Positions 42,644 through 52,834 of a DNA stretch of 64,000 bases are shown in pieces. Both the position numbers and the translations under genes were made by a program. The stretch comes from Nitrospirota bacterium (lineage in GTDB: Bacteria; Nitrospirota; UBA9217): contig CAWBNQ010000003.1 in assembly GCA_963790205.1 (NCBI GenBank), positions 352,001 through 416,000 on the forward strand, given 5' to 3'. Under the pieces are notes generated by a model that did not search any database, was not told where the DNA came from, and worked only from the letters and a program-made list of their open reading frames with translations. Positions within the stretch are counted from its first letter, which is position 1. Every line of letters begins with the position of its first letter.

Positions 42644-44843
42644 ATGGATCGTAGGACCTTTTTACAACTGGGCGGCTTGACAGCTGCTGTTGCCGCGCTT
42701 GCGGGGTGCAAATCCGCGAACGAAAAATTGATACCCTATCTGATCCCGCCCGATGAGGGGGTCACCCCGGGGATTGCCAACTATTATGCCAGCTCTTGCA
42801 GGTCCTGTCCTGCCGGATGCGGCATCCTGGTCCGGGAATCGGAAGGCCGGGCCAAAAAAATCGAGGGCAACCCCGAGCACCCCGTCAACAGGGGAAAGCT
42901 GTGCGGCCGGGGACAGGCCGCTCTCCAGGAGCTTTATCATCCCGACCGTATACCGCAGCCGCTCAAGCGCAGCGGGCCCCGCGGCTCGGGAGCATTCACG
43001 AAGATATCCTGGGAAGAGGCGCTGACTCTGCTCGTGGGACAACTCACGAGCCTGCAGCAGTCAAAGGCGACTGACCGTCTGGCCTTGCTGACACCGGAGC
43101 TTCGAGGCACCCTTGCTGAACTGACGATGCGCTTCATACGCTCGTACGGATCGACCAACCATGTCTCATACGAACTGCTCGGCCCGGATTGGCTGCGTGC
43201 GGCCAACCTTAAAAGCTTCGGTCAGCAGAGCCTTCCCTATTATGATATCAGCGAGACCCAATATCTCCTGAGCTTCGGCGCCGATTTCGTGGAAAGCCAT
43301 TTGTCGCCTGTTCAGTACGGCTACGCCTTCGGCCGGATGCGCCAGGGCCGGGACACGGTCCGCGGCCATTTTACCTATGTCGGCGGCCGCCTGTCATTGA
43401 CCGCCGCCTCGGCTGACCGCTGGATGCCTGCGAAGCCGGGAAGCGAAGGGGCGCTGGCCCTCGGCATGGCGCGGCTGATCCTTGCCGAGTCCCTTTGCGA
43501 TCGAGCTTCAATCGCGGCGAACGGGCTTCACGTGGAAACGCTGATGCAGGGACTCAAGGCGTACGATCTTGGCCGGGTCGCGGAAGAGACCGGATTGGCG
43601 CAGCAGGCAATCGCCGAAGTGGCCCGGGAGTTCGCTACGACCCGTCCCTCGCTCGCCATGGCAGGCGAGGCGGTTGCTTTTCAGAGCAACGGCCCGGAAT
43701 CGGTCCGCGCAGTCCAGCTCCTGAACGTGCTCGTCGGGAACATGAACCACACCGGAGGCATCTACCCGGACCATGGGTCTCCGGACGGCCCGACAAGCTC
43801 TTTCGACGAGCTCTTTTCTCTTATCCAAAAAATGGGCGCCGGCAATATCCAGATAGCCATGATTTACGGCGACCCGGTCCACTCCTTCCTCCGGCAACGC
43901 AGCTTCCAGGATGCGCTCTCCAAAGTCCCGTTCATCGTAAGTTTTTCCTCGCTCATGGATGACACAGCCCTTATGGCCGACTTGATCCTTCCCGACCACG
44001 CGGCGCTGGAGAGCTGGGGGGACGTGATACCGCTGGCAGGCACACGGGAGGGCGTGATCGGGCTGATGCAGCCGGTCGTGACGCCCGTATTCGACACGCG
44101 CCCAGTTCCCTGAAGTTCTTATGACCGCGGCCCATGAATTGGGCGGGCAGATGAAGGCGGCATTTCCCTACGAAACATACCTTGATATGCTGAAGGCTGG
44201 GATGAAAAAACGGCTTAATCCTGCGGGCGGGAAGGATTTCGAAGCAACGTGGGTAGAGCTGCTTCAAAAGGGCGGGCTGTTTAAAACGAGCCGGAACCAG
44301 GGCAAAGGATTTCGCTGGTCAGCAGGCGCGAGTCTTCCTGAGCCGGCGAAACCCGATTTCACGGGCAATGAGAAAGAGTTCCCGCTCCATCTCTTGGTTT
44401 ATCCTTCAACAGCCTTTTATGACGGACGAGGCGCTTCACTTCCCTGGCTGCAGCAGCTTCCTGACCCCATGACCACGGTGGTTTGGGACAGTTGGGTCGA
44501 GCTCAATCCGAAGACCGCCGCCGATCTGGGAATAAACTTCGGCGACCTGGTCGAGGTAACTTCTCCTCAGGGTTCGTTGCGTGTGCCGGCGGTGATCTAC
44601 CCCGGAATACGGCCCGATATGGTGGCGATCCCCATGGGGCAGGGGCACAAGGAGATGGGACGCTATGCAAAGGGAAGGGGAGCAAACGCACTCCGGCTTT
44701 TGGCGCTGACAATGGAAGGAACGAAGCCTCTTCCGGCGTGGAGTGGAACACGCGTGAAGGTAATCAGGATTTCGGACAAAGGCGAGTTGGTGACAACGGG
44801 AAATCCGCAGGGGAGCTTCAGGAGCGAGTTGATCGAGATATAG
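42644..44843 (+). pseudogene. Molybdopterin-oxidoreductase-like ACIII subunit B1, split by +1 frameshift at about 44101-44103
   Basis: Tat signal MDRRTFL, CRSCPAGC..LC, DLILPD..ESWGD; deleting one C gives ..FDTRQFPEVLMT joining ORF 44121-44843 (WLQQLPDPMT..W). Confidence 0.85.
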
Positions 44844-44853
44844 CCGAGTATTT

Positions 44854-44928
44854 GCCGCTCAGTCACGAAGACGCTAAGAAAGCGGCAATTTCAAAAAGAC
44901 TTTCTTCGTGACTTGGCGTTTGAGCGGC
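44854..44928. repeat. Nested inverted repeat in actB1-actB2 spacer
   Basis: GCCGCTCA/TGAGCGGC and AGTCACGAAGA/TCTTCGTGACT arms. Confidence 0.7.
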
Positions 44929-44961
44929 TAATGCCTTTTACAGGACAAGGACCTTACCGTT

Positions 44962-45681
44962 ATGGAAAAACTGACAAGCCCGTACAAATGGGGAATGGTC
45001 GTGGACCTCGACCGCTGCACCGGATGCGGGGCCTGCGTGGTCGCGTGCCAGGCGGAGAACAACGTGGCCATCTGCGGCAAAAAGGAGATCGCCGAAGGCC
45101 GCAACATGCACTGGCTCAGGATCGAGCGCTTCTGGGTGGGCGAATACCCCGACGTGCGCGTGCGCTTTCTGCCCGTGCTCTGCCAGCAGTGCCACGATGC
45201 TCCGTGCGAGCCGGTCTGCCCGGTTTATGCAAGCTACCACAATCCCGAAGGCTTGAACGGCCAGGTCTACAACCGCTGTGTCGGGACCCGTTACTGCGGC
45301 AACAACTGCCCTTACGCCGTGCGGGTCTTCAACTTTCACGACCACGAGCACGCCTGGCCGCCGCCGCTCAACAATCAGTTAAGTCCCGACATTACCGTGC
45401 GTCCCCGCGGGGTGATGGAAAAGTGCTCCTTCTGCATCCAGCGGATCCGCAGGGCAAGGGAAGACGCCAAGACTGAGGGACGGCTGATCAAAGACGGAGA
45501 GGTACAGCCGGCCTGCGCCCAGACGTGCCCGGCCGAGGCCCTGGTCTTCGGCAACGTGGCCGACCCGCAGAGCCGCGTTGCCAGGCTTTCGCGCAGCCCG
45601 CGGAGTTTCCGACTTCTGGAGCATCTGGGCACGCATCCCTCGATCAACTATCTCAAGGGGGGAGGACGCGAGCATGTCTGA
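44962..45681 (+). CDS. 4Fe-4S dicluster protein, ACIII subunit B2 (NrfC/PsrB-like)
   Basis: CTGCGACVVAC, CQQC..APCEPVCP, RCVGTRYC.NNCPY, EKCSFC, ACAQTCP. Confidence 0.92.
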   Translation: MEKLTSPYKWGMVVDLDRCTGCGACVVACQAENNVAICGKKEIAEGRNMHWLRIERFWVGEYPDVRVRFLPVLCQQCHDAPCEPVCPVYASYHNPEGLNGQVYNRCVGTRYCGNNCPYAVRVFNFHDHEHAWPPPLNNQLSPDITVRPRGVMEKCSFCIQRIRRAREDAKTEGRLIKDGEVQPACAQTCPAEALVFGNVADPQSRVARLSRSPRSFRLLEHLGTHPSINYLKGGGREHV

Positions 45682-47042
45682 GCATGCACTTGCCGCAAAA
45701 AGCGCCGGACAGTTGAACGACGAGATGCTTTCGTCGATGCGGCCTCCGACCTGGCGCTGGTACGGGCTCGCCGTCTTCCTCGGCGCGGTTGTGGCCTGGG
45801 GGCTCGCCGCCTTCACCTACCAGGTGATGACCGACTTGAGCGTGACCGGTCTGGACCGGCCGGTCATGTGGGGGATCTATATCGTCAACTTCGTTTTCTG
45901 GGTCGGTCTCTCTCATTCCGGCACCATGGTCTCCGCCATTCTGCGTCTGTCCCAGGCCAACTGGCGCAGACCGATCCTTCGCGCCGCCGAGGCAATGACC
46001 GTGTTCAGCATCACCGTTGCCGGCCTCTTCCCGGTCATCCATCTGGGCCGCAACTGGGTCGTCTACTATCTTCATGCCCTATCCCAATCAGCGGGGGCTC
46101 TGGCCGAATTTCCGGTCTCCGCTTTTATGGGATGCGACGGCCATCACGACCTATATCATCGGCAGCAGCCTCTTTCTTTACCTGGGGATGCTTCCCGATC
46201 TTGCCGTGGTGCGCGACCGCGCCACGGGCTGGAAGAAAAAAATCTATGCCGTCCTCGCCATGGGATGGCGGGGAACGGCCCGCGAGTGGGTGGTTTTCCG
46301 CCAGGCCTCGACGCTCATGGCCGCCCTTATCATACCGGTGGCGGTCTCGGTGCATTCGATCGTGGCCTGGGATTTCGCCGTCACGGTGATCCCGGGCTGG
46401 CACAGCACCATCTTCCCTCCCTATTTCGTGATCGGCGCGATCACCTCGGGCGTGGCCGCGGTCATCACGCTCATGATCATCATCCGGAGGGTTTTCCACC
46501 TCGAGGATTATCTCACCCCGCTGCACTTCGACAACATGGGAAAGCTCCTGCTCGTCATCTGCCTGCTCTGGTCCTATGCCTATTTCGTCGAGGTCCAGAC
46601 CACCTGGTACGCCCACGAGCCGATCGAGTGGGAGGTCTTCAGCTTCATGTCGGGCAAGTACACGCCGCTGCTTATCCTCATGCTGATCGGCAACTCGGTG
46701 CTGCCGATCGCAGGCCTCTGCTTCAGGAAGATCAGGCGCTCCGTCAAGGCGATGCTTGTGATCACTCTCCTGGTCAACGTCGGCATGTTCATCGAGCGCT
46801 ACCTCATCATCGTGCCGTCGCTCTCCCACAAGAACATGCCCTTTATCTGGGGCACCTACTCACCCTCGTGGGTGGAGCTCTCCGTGACCGCGGCCGCCTT
46901 TGCCGGGTTCACGCTCATGTATGTGCTCTTTGCGAAGTTCTTCCCGATGGTGGCGGTGACCGACGTGCGGGAACTCGGGGTACGCCATGCCGATGTCAGC
47001 CTCGGACGGGCAAAGGTGCATTCGATCTCGGAAGAGGAGTAG
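45674..47042 (+). pseudogene. actC: NrfD/PsrC-family membrane subunit ActC, split by +1 frameshift at about 46069
   Basis: WGIYIVNFVFWVG.SHSGT, R.AEAMT, HLGR; removing one base in TATCTTC restores VYYFMPYPNQRGLWPNFRSPLLWD. Confidence 0.85.
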
Positions 47043-47049
47043 GTGATAG

Positions 47050-47078
47050 CGGATTTCCGATTTCGGATTGCGGATTGG
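47050..47078. repeat. Heptamer tandem (CGGATTT/CGGATTG) single arm
   Basis: cggatttccgatttcggattgcggattgg. Confidence 0.65.
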
Positions 47079-47120
47079 AAAAAACATAGCTTTAATCAGT
47101 AGCAGGAAAGGATTGAACGG

Positions 47121-47630
47121 ATGGAGACTCTGGGGACTTTCAAGGATGTTGAGACCGCGACCAGGGCAGTGGACGGTCTGATCAAGGCCGGATTTTCCGA
47201 GGAAACCATCACCTCGCTTACGTCCGCGCCCTATCCCGACGGGGTGATCGTGAAGACCGACCAGCGCACCTGGTTCCGCTGGATGTCCGTTGGCGGCGGG
47301 ATTTTCGGCGCTTGCGCAGGGTTTCTCCTGGCAGCAGGCACGGCGTATATGTATCCGGTCCAGACAGGCGACAAGCCGATCATCGCTTATTACCCGACCG
47401 GCATCATCACCTACGAGCTCACCATGCTCTTTGCCATTCTGGGCGCCATTGTCGGGATGTTCATTGAAATGAAGCTGCCGCCGTGGAAAGAGCGGATCTA
47501 CGACCCCGCCATCGCTGAGGGCAATATCGGCATCAGCGTGTTCGTCCCCTCGACAGACCGGAAAAACCGGGCCGAGTCGGTCATGAAAGAAGCAGGGGCC
47601 TTGCGCACGACTTCAGAGGAGGCGCTATGA
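47121..47630 (+). CDS. actD: ACIII subunit D (DUF3341)
   Basis: Two TM helices, GDKPI..P..IITYELTML pattern; operon position. Confidence 0.82.
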   Translation: METLGTFKDVETATRAVDGLIKAGFSEETITSLTSAPYPDGVIVKTDQRTWFRWMSVGGGIFGACAGFLLAAGTAYMYPVQTGDKPIIAYYPTGIITYELTMLFAILGAIVGMFIEMKLPPWKERIYDPAIAEGNIGISVFVPSTDRKNRAESVMKEAGALRTTSEEAL

Positions 47631-48082
47631 AACGCATTTTGGAGCTGATCATTCTCATGGCCGTACCCTTGTTGATGGCGGCTATCTGGATGGATGATCA
47701 GCAATCCTACAAACCGTACAAAGCCCCAGTCCTTTCCCCGCCTGCGGGCGCCGTACCTGTTTCCGGCAAGGAGATCGTCTCGCAGGAATCCGAACTGCGA
47801 AATCCGGTCAAGCCGACAGCGGAATCCCTTTCTCAGGGAAAAACGCTTTTTGAGATCAATTGTCTGATATGCCATGGACAAACGTCAGCGGAACGCGGCC
47901 TCGTTGGTCAAAAACTCGTTCCGCCCCCGCCCGGCCTCGATCACGACATGGTGAAGGGTCTGAATGACTCGGCTATCTTCAAGGCCATCACCTTCGGTTT
48001 CGGCCGCATGCCCCCGTTCCAGGACAAGCTTATGCCCCAGGAACGATGGAACCTGGTCAATTTCCTGCGGACACGAAAATAA
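47627..48082 (+). CDS. actE: Monoheme cytochrome c, ACIII subunit E-like
   Basis: MDDQ.SYKP, PP.GAVP, CLICHG, G.GRMP, RW..V.FLR. Confidence 0.85.
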   Translation: MKRILELIILMAVPLLMAAIWMDDQQSYKPYKAPVLSPPAGAVPVSGKEIVSQESELRNPVKPTAESLSQGKTLFEINCLICHGQTSAERGLVGQKLVPPPPGLDHDMVKGLNDSAIFKAITFGFGRMPPFQDKLMPQERWNLVNFLRTRK

Positions 48083-48152
48083 GCGAGCTTACGGACTATA
48101 TTGAATTTGCAGCAAACTTCGAACTGTGAACGTTGTACTCTGAGCTCTCTCT

Positions 48153-49532
48153 ATGCCTACCTCCTACGACGTCATTATCATCGGCACCGGGCCTGCGGGG
48201 ATCTTCGCTGCCTTGGAGCTGGTCAAGAACACCGATCTGAAAATCCTCATGATCGAAAAAGGCAGCGATATCGATCAGCGCGCCTGCCCCATGATCGAAT
48301 CCGAGGTCCCTTGCGTCCAGTGCGGGCTCTGCAGCATCCTCTGCGGGTGGGGTGGGGCGGGGGCGTACAGCGACGGCAAGCTGACCCTCACTTCCGAATT
48401 CGGCGGGTGGCTGAAGGATTACCTGTCCCCGGCCGACCTTTCGCGGTTTATAGAGTACGTTGATTCGATCTACCGGTCCTTCGGCGCAGGAGGGGAGGTG
48501 CACGGCGAGGACAACGCCGCGCTGTCGCGCCTCAAGAAGAGGGCGGCAGGATACAACCTCGAGCTGATCCCCGCGCGCATCAGGCATATCGGCACGGACC
48601 TTTGCAAGGAAGTTCTGAAAACCATCCGCAAACATCTGAACGGGAAGGTGGACGTCATCTTCGATACGCCGGTCAGCCGGATAAACAGCACCAACGGCAC
48701 CGTCGCCGGCGTGACCGCCGGCGACGGTAAAGTCTACAACGCACAGCACGTGATCGCCGCGGTCGGAAGGGAAGGCTCGTCCTGGCTCTCCGGCGAGGCA
48801 AAGCGGCTCGGGCTCTCGCTCCAGAAGAACCCCGTGGACATCGGCGTGCGGGTCGAGCTCCCGGCGCATATCATGAAGGACATAACCGACATCGCCTATG
48901 AAGGGAAGTTCATTTATTCATCGAGGCGGTTCCGCGACCGGGTGCGCACCTTCTGCATGAATCCCTACGGCGAGGTGGTCAAGGAATACAGCGAGGGCAT
49001 CTGCAGCGTGAACGGCCACAGTTACCGGAACCGGACGACCGATAATACGAACTTTGCGTTGCTCGTGAGCACTGATTTCACCAAGCCCTTTGACGACCCC
49101 ATCTCCTACGGCAAGTACATTGCCGGTCTTGCGAATCTTATCGGAGGCGGAGTCATTGTCCAGCGTTTGGGCGATCTCAAGATGGGAAGGCGTTCGACGC
49201 CCGAGCGAATTGCCGAAGGCTCGGTGCGGCCCACGCTCGAAGACGCTACACCGGGAGATCTGAGCTTCGTTCTCCCGTACCGGCATCTCCATAACATCAC
49301 CGAAATGCTCGAAGCGCTGGACAATGTTGCGCCCGGCGTGAACTCGGGCGACACGCTCCTTTACGGCGTAGAGGTCAAGTTTTACTCCATGAAGTTGAAG
49401 CTTACCCCCTGTCTCGAAACGGAAGTGAAGAACCTCTTTGCAGCAGGCGATGGCGCAGGGGTGACCCGGGGGTTGATCCAGGCGTCCATTTCAGGGGTTG
49501 TTGCGGCGAGAGAAGTGATGAGAAGGAAGTGA
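48153..49532 (+). CDS. Uncharacterised FAD-dependent dehydrogenase with Cys cluster (COG2509-like)
   Basis: IIGTGPAG, CP..C..C..C.ILCGWGGAGAYSDGKL, RTFCMNP, YGVEVKFYS, GDGAGVTRG. Confidence 0.85.
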   Translation: MPTSYDVIIIGTGPAGIFAALELVKNTDLKILMIEKGSDIDQRACPMIESEVPCVQCGLCSILCGWGGAGAYSDGKLTLTSEFGGWLKDYLSPADLSRFIEYVDSIYRSFGAGGEVHGEDNAALSRLKKRAAGYNLELIPARIRHIGTDLCKEVLKTIRKHLNGKVDVIFDTPVSRINSTNGTVAGVTAGDGKVYNAQHVIAAVGREGSSWLSGEAKRLGLSLQKNPVDIGVRVELPAHIMKDITDIAYEGKFIYSSRRFRDRVRTFCMNPYGEVVKEYSEGICSVNGHSYRNRTTDNTNFALLVSTDFTKPFDDPISYGKYIAGLANLIGGGVIVQRLGDLKMGRRSTPERIAEGSVRPTLEDATPGDLSFVLPYRHLHNITEMLEALDNVAPGVNSGDTLLYGVEVKFYSMKLKLTPCLETEVKNLFAAGDGAGVTRGLIQASISGVVAAREVMRRK

Positions 49533-49606
49533 GGACAACGCCTGCTGAGCAGCGGTCCCGTCTTGTTGCAACGATCAACGATGACGGAATGATCTTTGCC
49601 GGGCAA

Positions 49607-50497
49607 TCACCGAGTGGTGTCCGGGAAGGACGTCAACATTAAAGGGAGCCAGTGGTTCTTGACCGAGGGTTCTTCGAATGAATCGACCGGCTGAGCATTC
49701 GCTCCAAAATCCGCCAGCATCAGCGTGCTTTGCCATAATCTGTTGCGTGACCGGGCCCCGAGAACGGCCGTAAAGATAAGGCCCTTTTCCGTGTCCATAG
49801 CGCCCACGAAGCAGTGCCGTGCGTTGAGGGTAAACCCCGTTTTCCCGCCTACCATGTTGATTCTGGACCACAGCAGATCATCGGTGTTCTCCAGGTATAA
49901 TTCCCTGCCCGCCGCCGTTTTAATCAGCCATTCTTTTTTCCCGAGGATCTCTTTGATCAGAGGGTAGGTAAGGGCCCTTTTCAAAATGATCGTCAGGTCG
50001 CGGGCTGTTGTATATTGCCTGCCTTTGGGCAGGCCCGAGGCGGTCACGAAATGGGTATTGTTGGCCCCGATCTCCTTTGCCTTCCGGTTCATCAATTCAA
50101 CAAACGCATCCTCCGTACCGGCTGCTGTTTCGGCCAGGGCCACGGCAGCTGAATTTATTGATTTCATCAGCGCCAGGTGGAGGAGGTCTGAGACGGTCAT
50201 TTCATCGCCCGTCATAAGTCTGGGTTTGATGGAGCGGACCGCTGCGGCAGCGCGACTCACCTTTATCCGTGTCGACGGATCGAGGCGATCCAGGGCCACC
50301 ATGGCGGTCACGAGTTTTACCGTACTGGCGGGCGGGAGCTTGGCCGAGGGATTCTTTGCGTACAGGACGGAGTCCTTATCGTCTATGACGATGCACGCCT
50401 TTGCCGGAATGGCCTGGAGCGAAAAAGAAGAGGCGGGCTGCGCGCCGGCAAACAATGAGACTGTAAGAACCATATAATAAAAAAAAGTTCGGTTCAC
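49607..50497 (-). CDS. D-alanyl-D-alanine carboxypeptidase/endopeptidase (peptidase S11)
   Basis: Signal peptide, PASTVK (SxxK), SIN (SxN), GKTG. Confidence 0.9.
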   Translation of the reverse strand: MNRTFFYYMVLTVSLFAGAQPASSFSLQAIPAKACIVIDDKDSVLYAKNPSAKLPPASTVKLVTAMVALDRLDPSTRIKVSRAAAAVRSIKPRLMTGDEMTVSDLLHLALMKSINSAAVALAETAAGTEDAFVELMNRKAKEIGANNTHFVTASGLPKGRQYTTARDLTIILKRALTYPLIKEILGKKEWLIKTAAGRELYLENTDDLLWSRINMVGGKTGFTLNARHCFVGAMDTEKGLIFTAVLGARSRNRLWQSTLMLADFGANAQPVDSFEEPSVKNHWLPLMLTSFPDTTR

Positions 50498-50679
50498 TTC
50501 GGCTCCGAAAAAGGTTTGTAAGTGTATATCATTATATCAGAAATAAGGGAAAAGTCCCGTGAATTAAATCAGATTTTTTGTTCAGGTTCATGCTTCTCCC
50601 CCGGCCGGAACCAGGCTTTTTAAAAACGGAGCGGAGGTAAGTCTCAGGATGAGGAGATCGCTGGACGGCATAGACAACG

Positions 50680-51204
50680 TTATTTCCCGCCAAGCACTTC
50701 CACAAGCTTCTCTCCAAATTTCTTCGCAGCTTCCGGCCCGCTTCCCGTAACGATCTTTCCGTCGCTCTCGACACCGGTGCCGGTAAAAACAGCACCCTTT
50801 GCTTTGAGCGCCTCTTCTGATGACGGGAAGGACGTTGTCTTTTTATCCTTCAGCAGTCCGGCATTTGCAAGGATTGCCGGGGCGATGCAGATGGCTGACG
50901 TGAGCTTTCCCTGGCGGTAAAAGCCCTGCGCGAGTTTGTGCGCCACGGGGCTGTCGAAATACTCCTTTGATCCCCCTCCGCCCACGAACACGATCCCGTC
51001 ATAATCACTTTCCTTTGCAGAGCTTATAAGAACATCGGGTTTCACCTCAAGGCCGAGTTTGCCCTTTGCTGTGTTCAGCGACGAGCATGCCACCGTAATC
51101 CGCACACCGGCGTCTTCGAGTGCTTTTCGCGGCTCGGAATATTCCTCGTCCCTGAAATTGTTCGACGCGATCACCATCAATACTTTCTTTCCATCCAGTT
51201 TCAT
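50680..51204 (-). CDS. DJ-1/PfpI family protein
   Basis: FRDEE, YD.IVFVGG.G, AICIAP nucleophile elbow. Confidence 0.92.
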   Translation of the reverse strand: MKLDGKKVLMVIASNNFRDEEYSEPRKALEDAGVRITVACSSLNTAKGKLGLEVKPDVLISSAKESDYDGIVFVGGGGSKEYFDSPVAHKLAQGFYRQGKLTSAICIAPAILANAGLLKDKKTTSFPSSEEALKAKGAVFTGTGVESDGKIVTGSGPEAAKKFGEKLVEVLGGK

Positions 51205-51288
51205 TCGACAATCCTCCCCAGGAAGTTTCAGTGAAATTAACGTAGCAGATACACCGTGAAAAATCAAGCGCAGAGAGCAGGCAACCCA

Positions 51289-51324
51289 TGCCTATTGTTT
51301 AATCATTTGCTTAAAAAATATCGT
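51289..51324 (+). promoter_or_regulatory. Tandem NtrC-like enhancer sites (copy 1)
   Basis: TGCCTATTGTTTAATCA-TT-TGCTTAAAAAATATCGT, 131 bp before sigma54 site. Confidence 0.65.
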
Positions 51325-51419
51325 ATGTAAATTTCGCTTGCGAGGGGATGCTCGCCGGCCCTTTCTTTAACAGCGCCATGAAATCAGCATGTTACGCGCA
51401 GCAATCACAGATGTAAAAA

Positions 51420-51435
51420 TGGCACATGCCTTGCT
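51420..51435 (+). promoter_or_regulatory. Sigma54 promoter (porin-APC operon)
   Basis: TGGCACATGCCTTGCT. Confidence 0.85.
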
Positions 51436-51562
51436 TTAAGCATACACAGGAAGTTGTTGCGAGACACGAGACAATGGAAAGCTCCGGAGGCTTTCATAAC
51501 GATCAAGCACCTGCTCACTGGTGAGCAGACATTTCATAGGGGGAAGGATAAAGGAGGATAGT

Positions 51563-52771
51563 ATGGGCAAAATGAAAAAGATCGGCATGGTTCTTGGTTG
51601 TTTGAATCTCGGTATGGCGATATTTTGCATCATGGCGGCACTGGCGCCCGCGGTCTTTGCCGAAGACGCAAAGCCCGCTGCTCCGGCCTTGAGCGCCGAT
51701 GACCTGAAGAAGGCGCTCGGGTTGAGCGTCTATCTGCAGGCGGGCTACACGTATAACGGCGATGCCGGCAGCAACAGCGCCGGGCAGCCCGAGGAAAACG
51801 ATTTACGGGTATTCGACCACAAGGCCAACAGCTTCAGCCTGGATCTCGCGGAGGTCGTGTTTCAGAAGGACCCGGCCCTGGGGAACGTGGGCTATAAACT
51901 GAAGCTTTCAGCAGGGGACACGGCAAAGTGGATCCATTCGCGGGGCCTGAGCGGCGCCGCATTGGACCAGCCGCAGTCCGGCGAAGCCACGGATTCCTTC
52001 GACGTAACCGAGGCGTACGTCAGCTACAACGCGGCGGTGGGCAAGGGGATCAGGTTCGATCTCGGGAAGATGGTGACGTACTTTGGAGCGGAAGTGATTG
52101 AGGCGATCGACAACCCGAACTATTCGCGGTCCCTGCTGTTCAACTATGCGATACCGTTCACGCACACGGGACTGAAGATGAGCTATGGATTCACCGACGC
52201 TTTAAGCACGAGCTTATACATCGTGAACGGCTGGGACAACAGCACGGACAACAACAAAGGGAAGTGCTACGGCGCGAGCGTCACCTATGCGCCGGCGGAG
52301 GTTTTCTCGCTCATCGTCAACGGGATGACCGGGCCCGAAGAGGACCAGACCGCGACGCCGGCCATCGGATCGGTCGGCAGCAACAGGCGCTCTCTGCTCG
52401 ATGTCGTAGCAACGATCAAGCCGGTGAAACCGCTTTCGATTATCCTGAACACCGACAACGGCCGGGAACAGAACGTCCCCGGGCTGGACGGTCCGGCGAC
52501 GTGGAGCGGAGCGGCCGGGATCGTGAAGTACGATTTCAGCGACACCTACAGCCTGTCGGTCCGGGGCGAGACCTTCGGCGACCAGGAAGGGTTCAGGACC
52601 GGCATGGTTCAGCGGGTCAAGGAAGTTACCGTGACGCCGGAGATCCGGTTGAACGGCGGCTTGATCCTGCGGCCCGAGTACCGGCATGACTCGTCGGATA
52701 TCTCGGCCTTTGACAATGGAACCAAGAGGAGCCAGAACACCATCGCGCTCGGCGCGATGTATAGATGGTAA
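51563..52771 (+). CDS. Outer-membrane beta-barrel porin (OmpL-like/BBP2-type)
   Basis: Signal peptide, G.EVIEA.DN.NYSRS.LF..AIPFTHTG, VNGWD, RPEYRHD, terminal YRW; AAGGAGG RBS. Confidence 0.85.
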   Translation: MGKMKKIGMVLGCLNLGMAIFCIMAALAPAVFAEDAKPAAPALSADDLKKALGLSVYLQAGYTYNGDAGSNSAGQPEENDLRVFDHKANSFSLDLAEVVFQKDPALGNVGYKLKLSAGDTAKWIHSRGLSGAALDQPQSGEATDSFDVTEAYVSYNAAVGKGIRFDLGKMVTYFGAEVIEAIDNPNYSRSLLFNYAIPFTHTGLKMSYGFTDALSTSLYIVNGWDNSTDNNKGKCYGASVTYAPAEVFSLIVNGMTGPEEDQTATPAIGSVGSNRRSLLDVVATIKPVKPLSIILNTDNGREQNVPGLDGPATWSGAAGIVKYDFSDTYSLSVRGETFGDQEGFRTGMVQRVKEVTVTPEIRLNGGLILRPEYRHDSSDISAFDNGTKRSQNTIALGAMYRW

Positions 52772-52834
52772 GGGTTGAGCAAGCGTCAAAAAATGGTGCC
52801 TGACTTGTCAGGCACGGTAATTAAGGAGAATACC

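Noticed and set aside
44111..44113. TGA in actB1 as selenocysteine or readthrough codon
   Set aside because: The downstream half is in a different frame; a single-base insertion explains it
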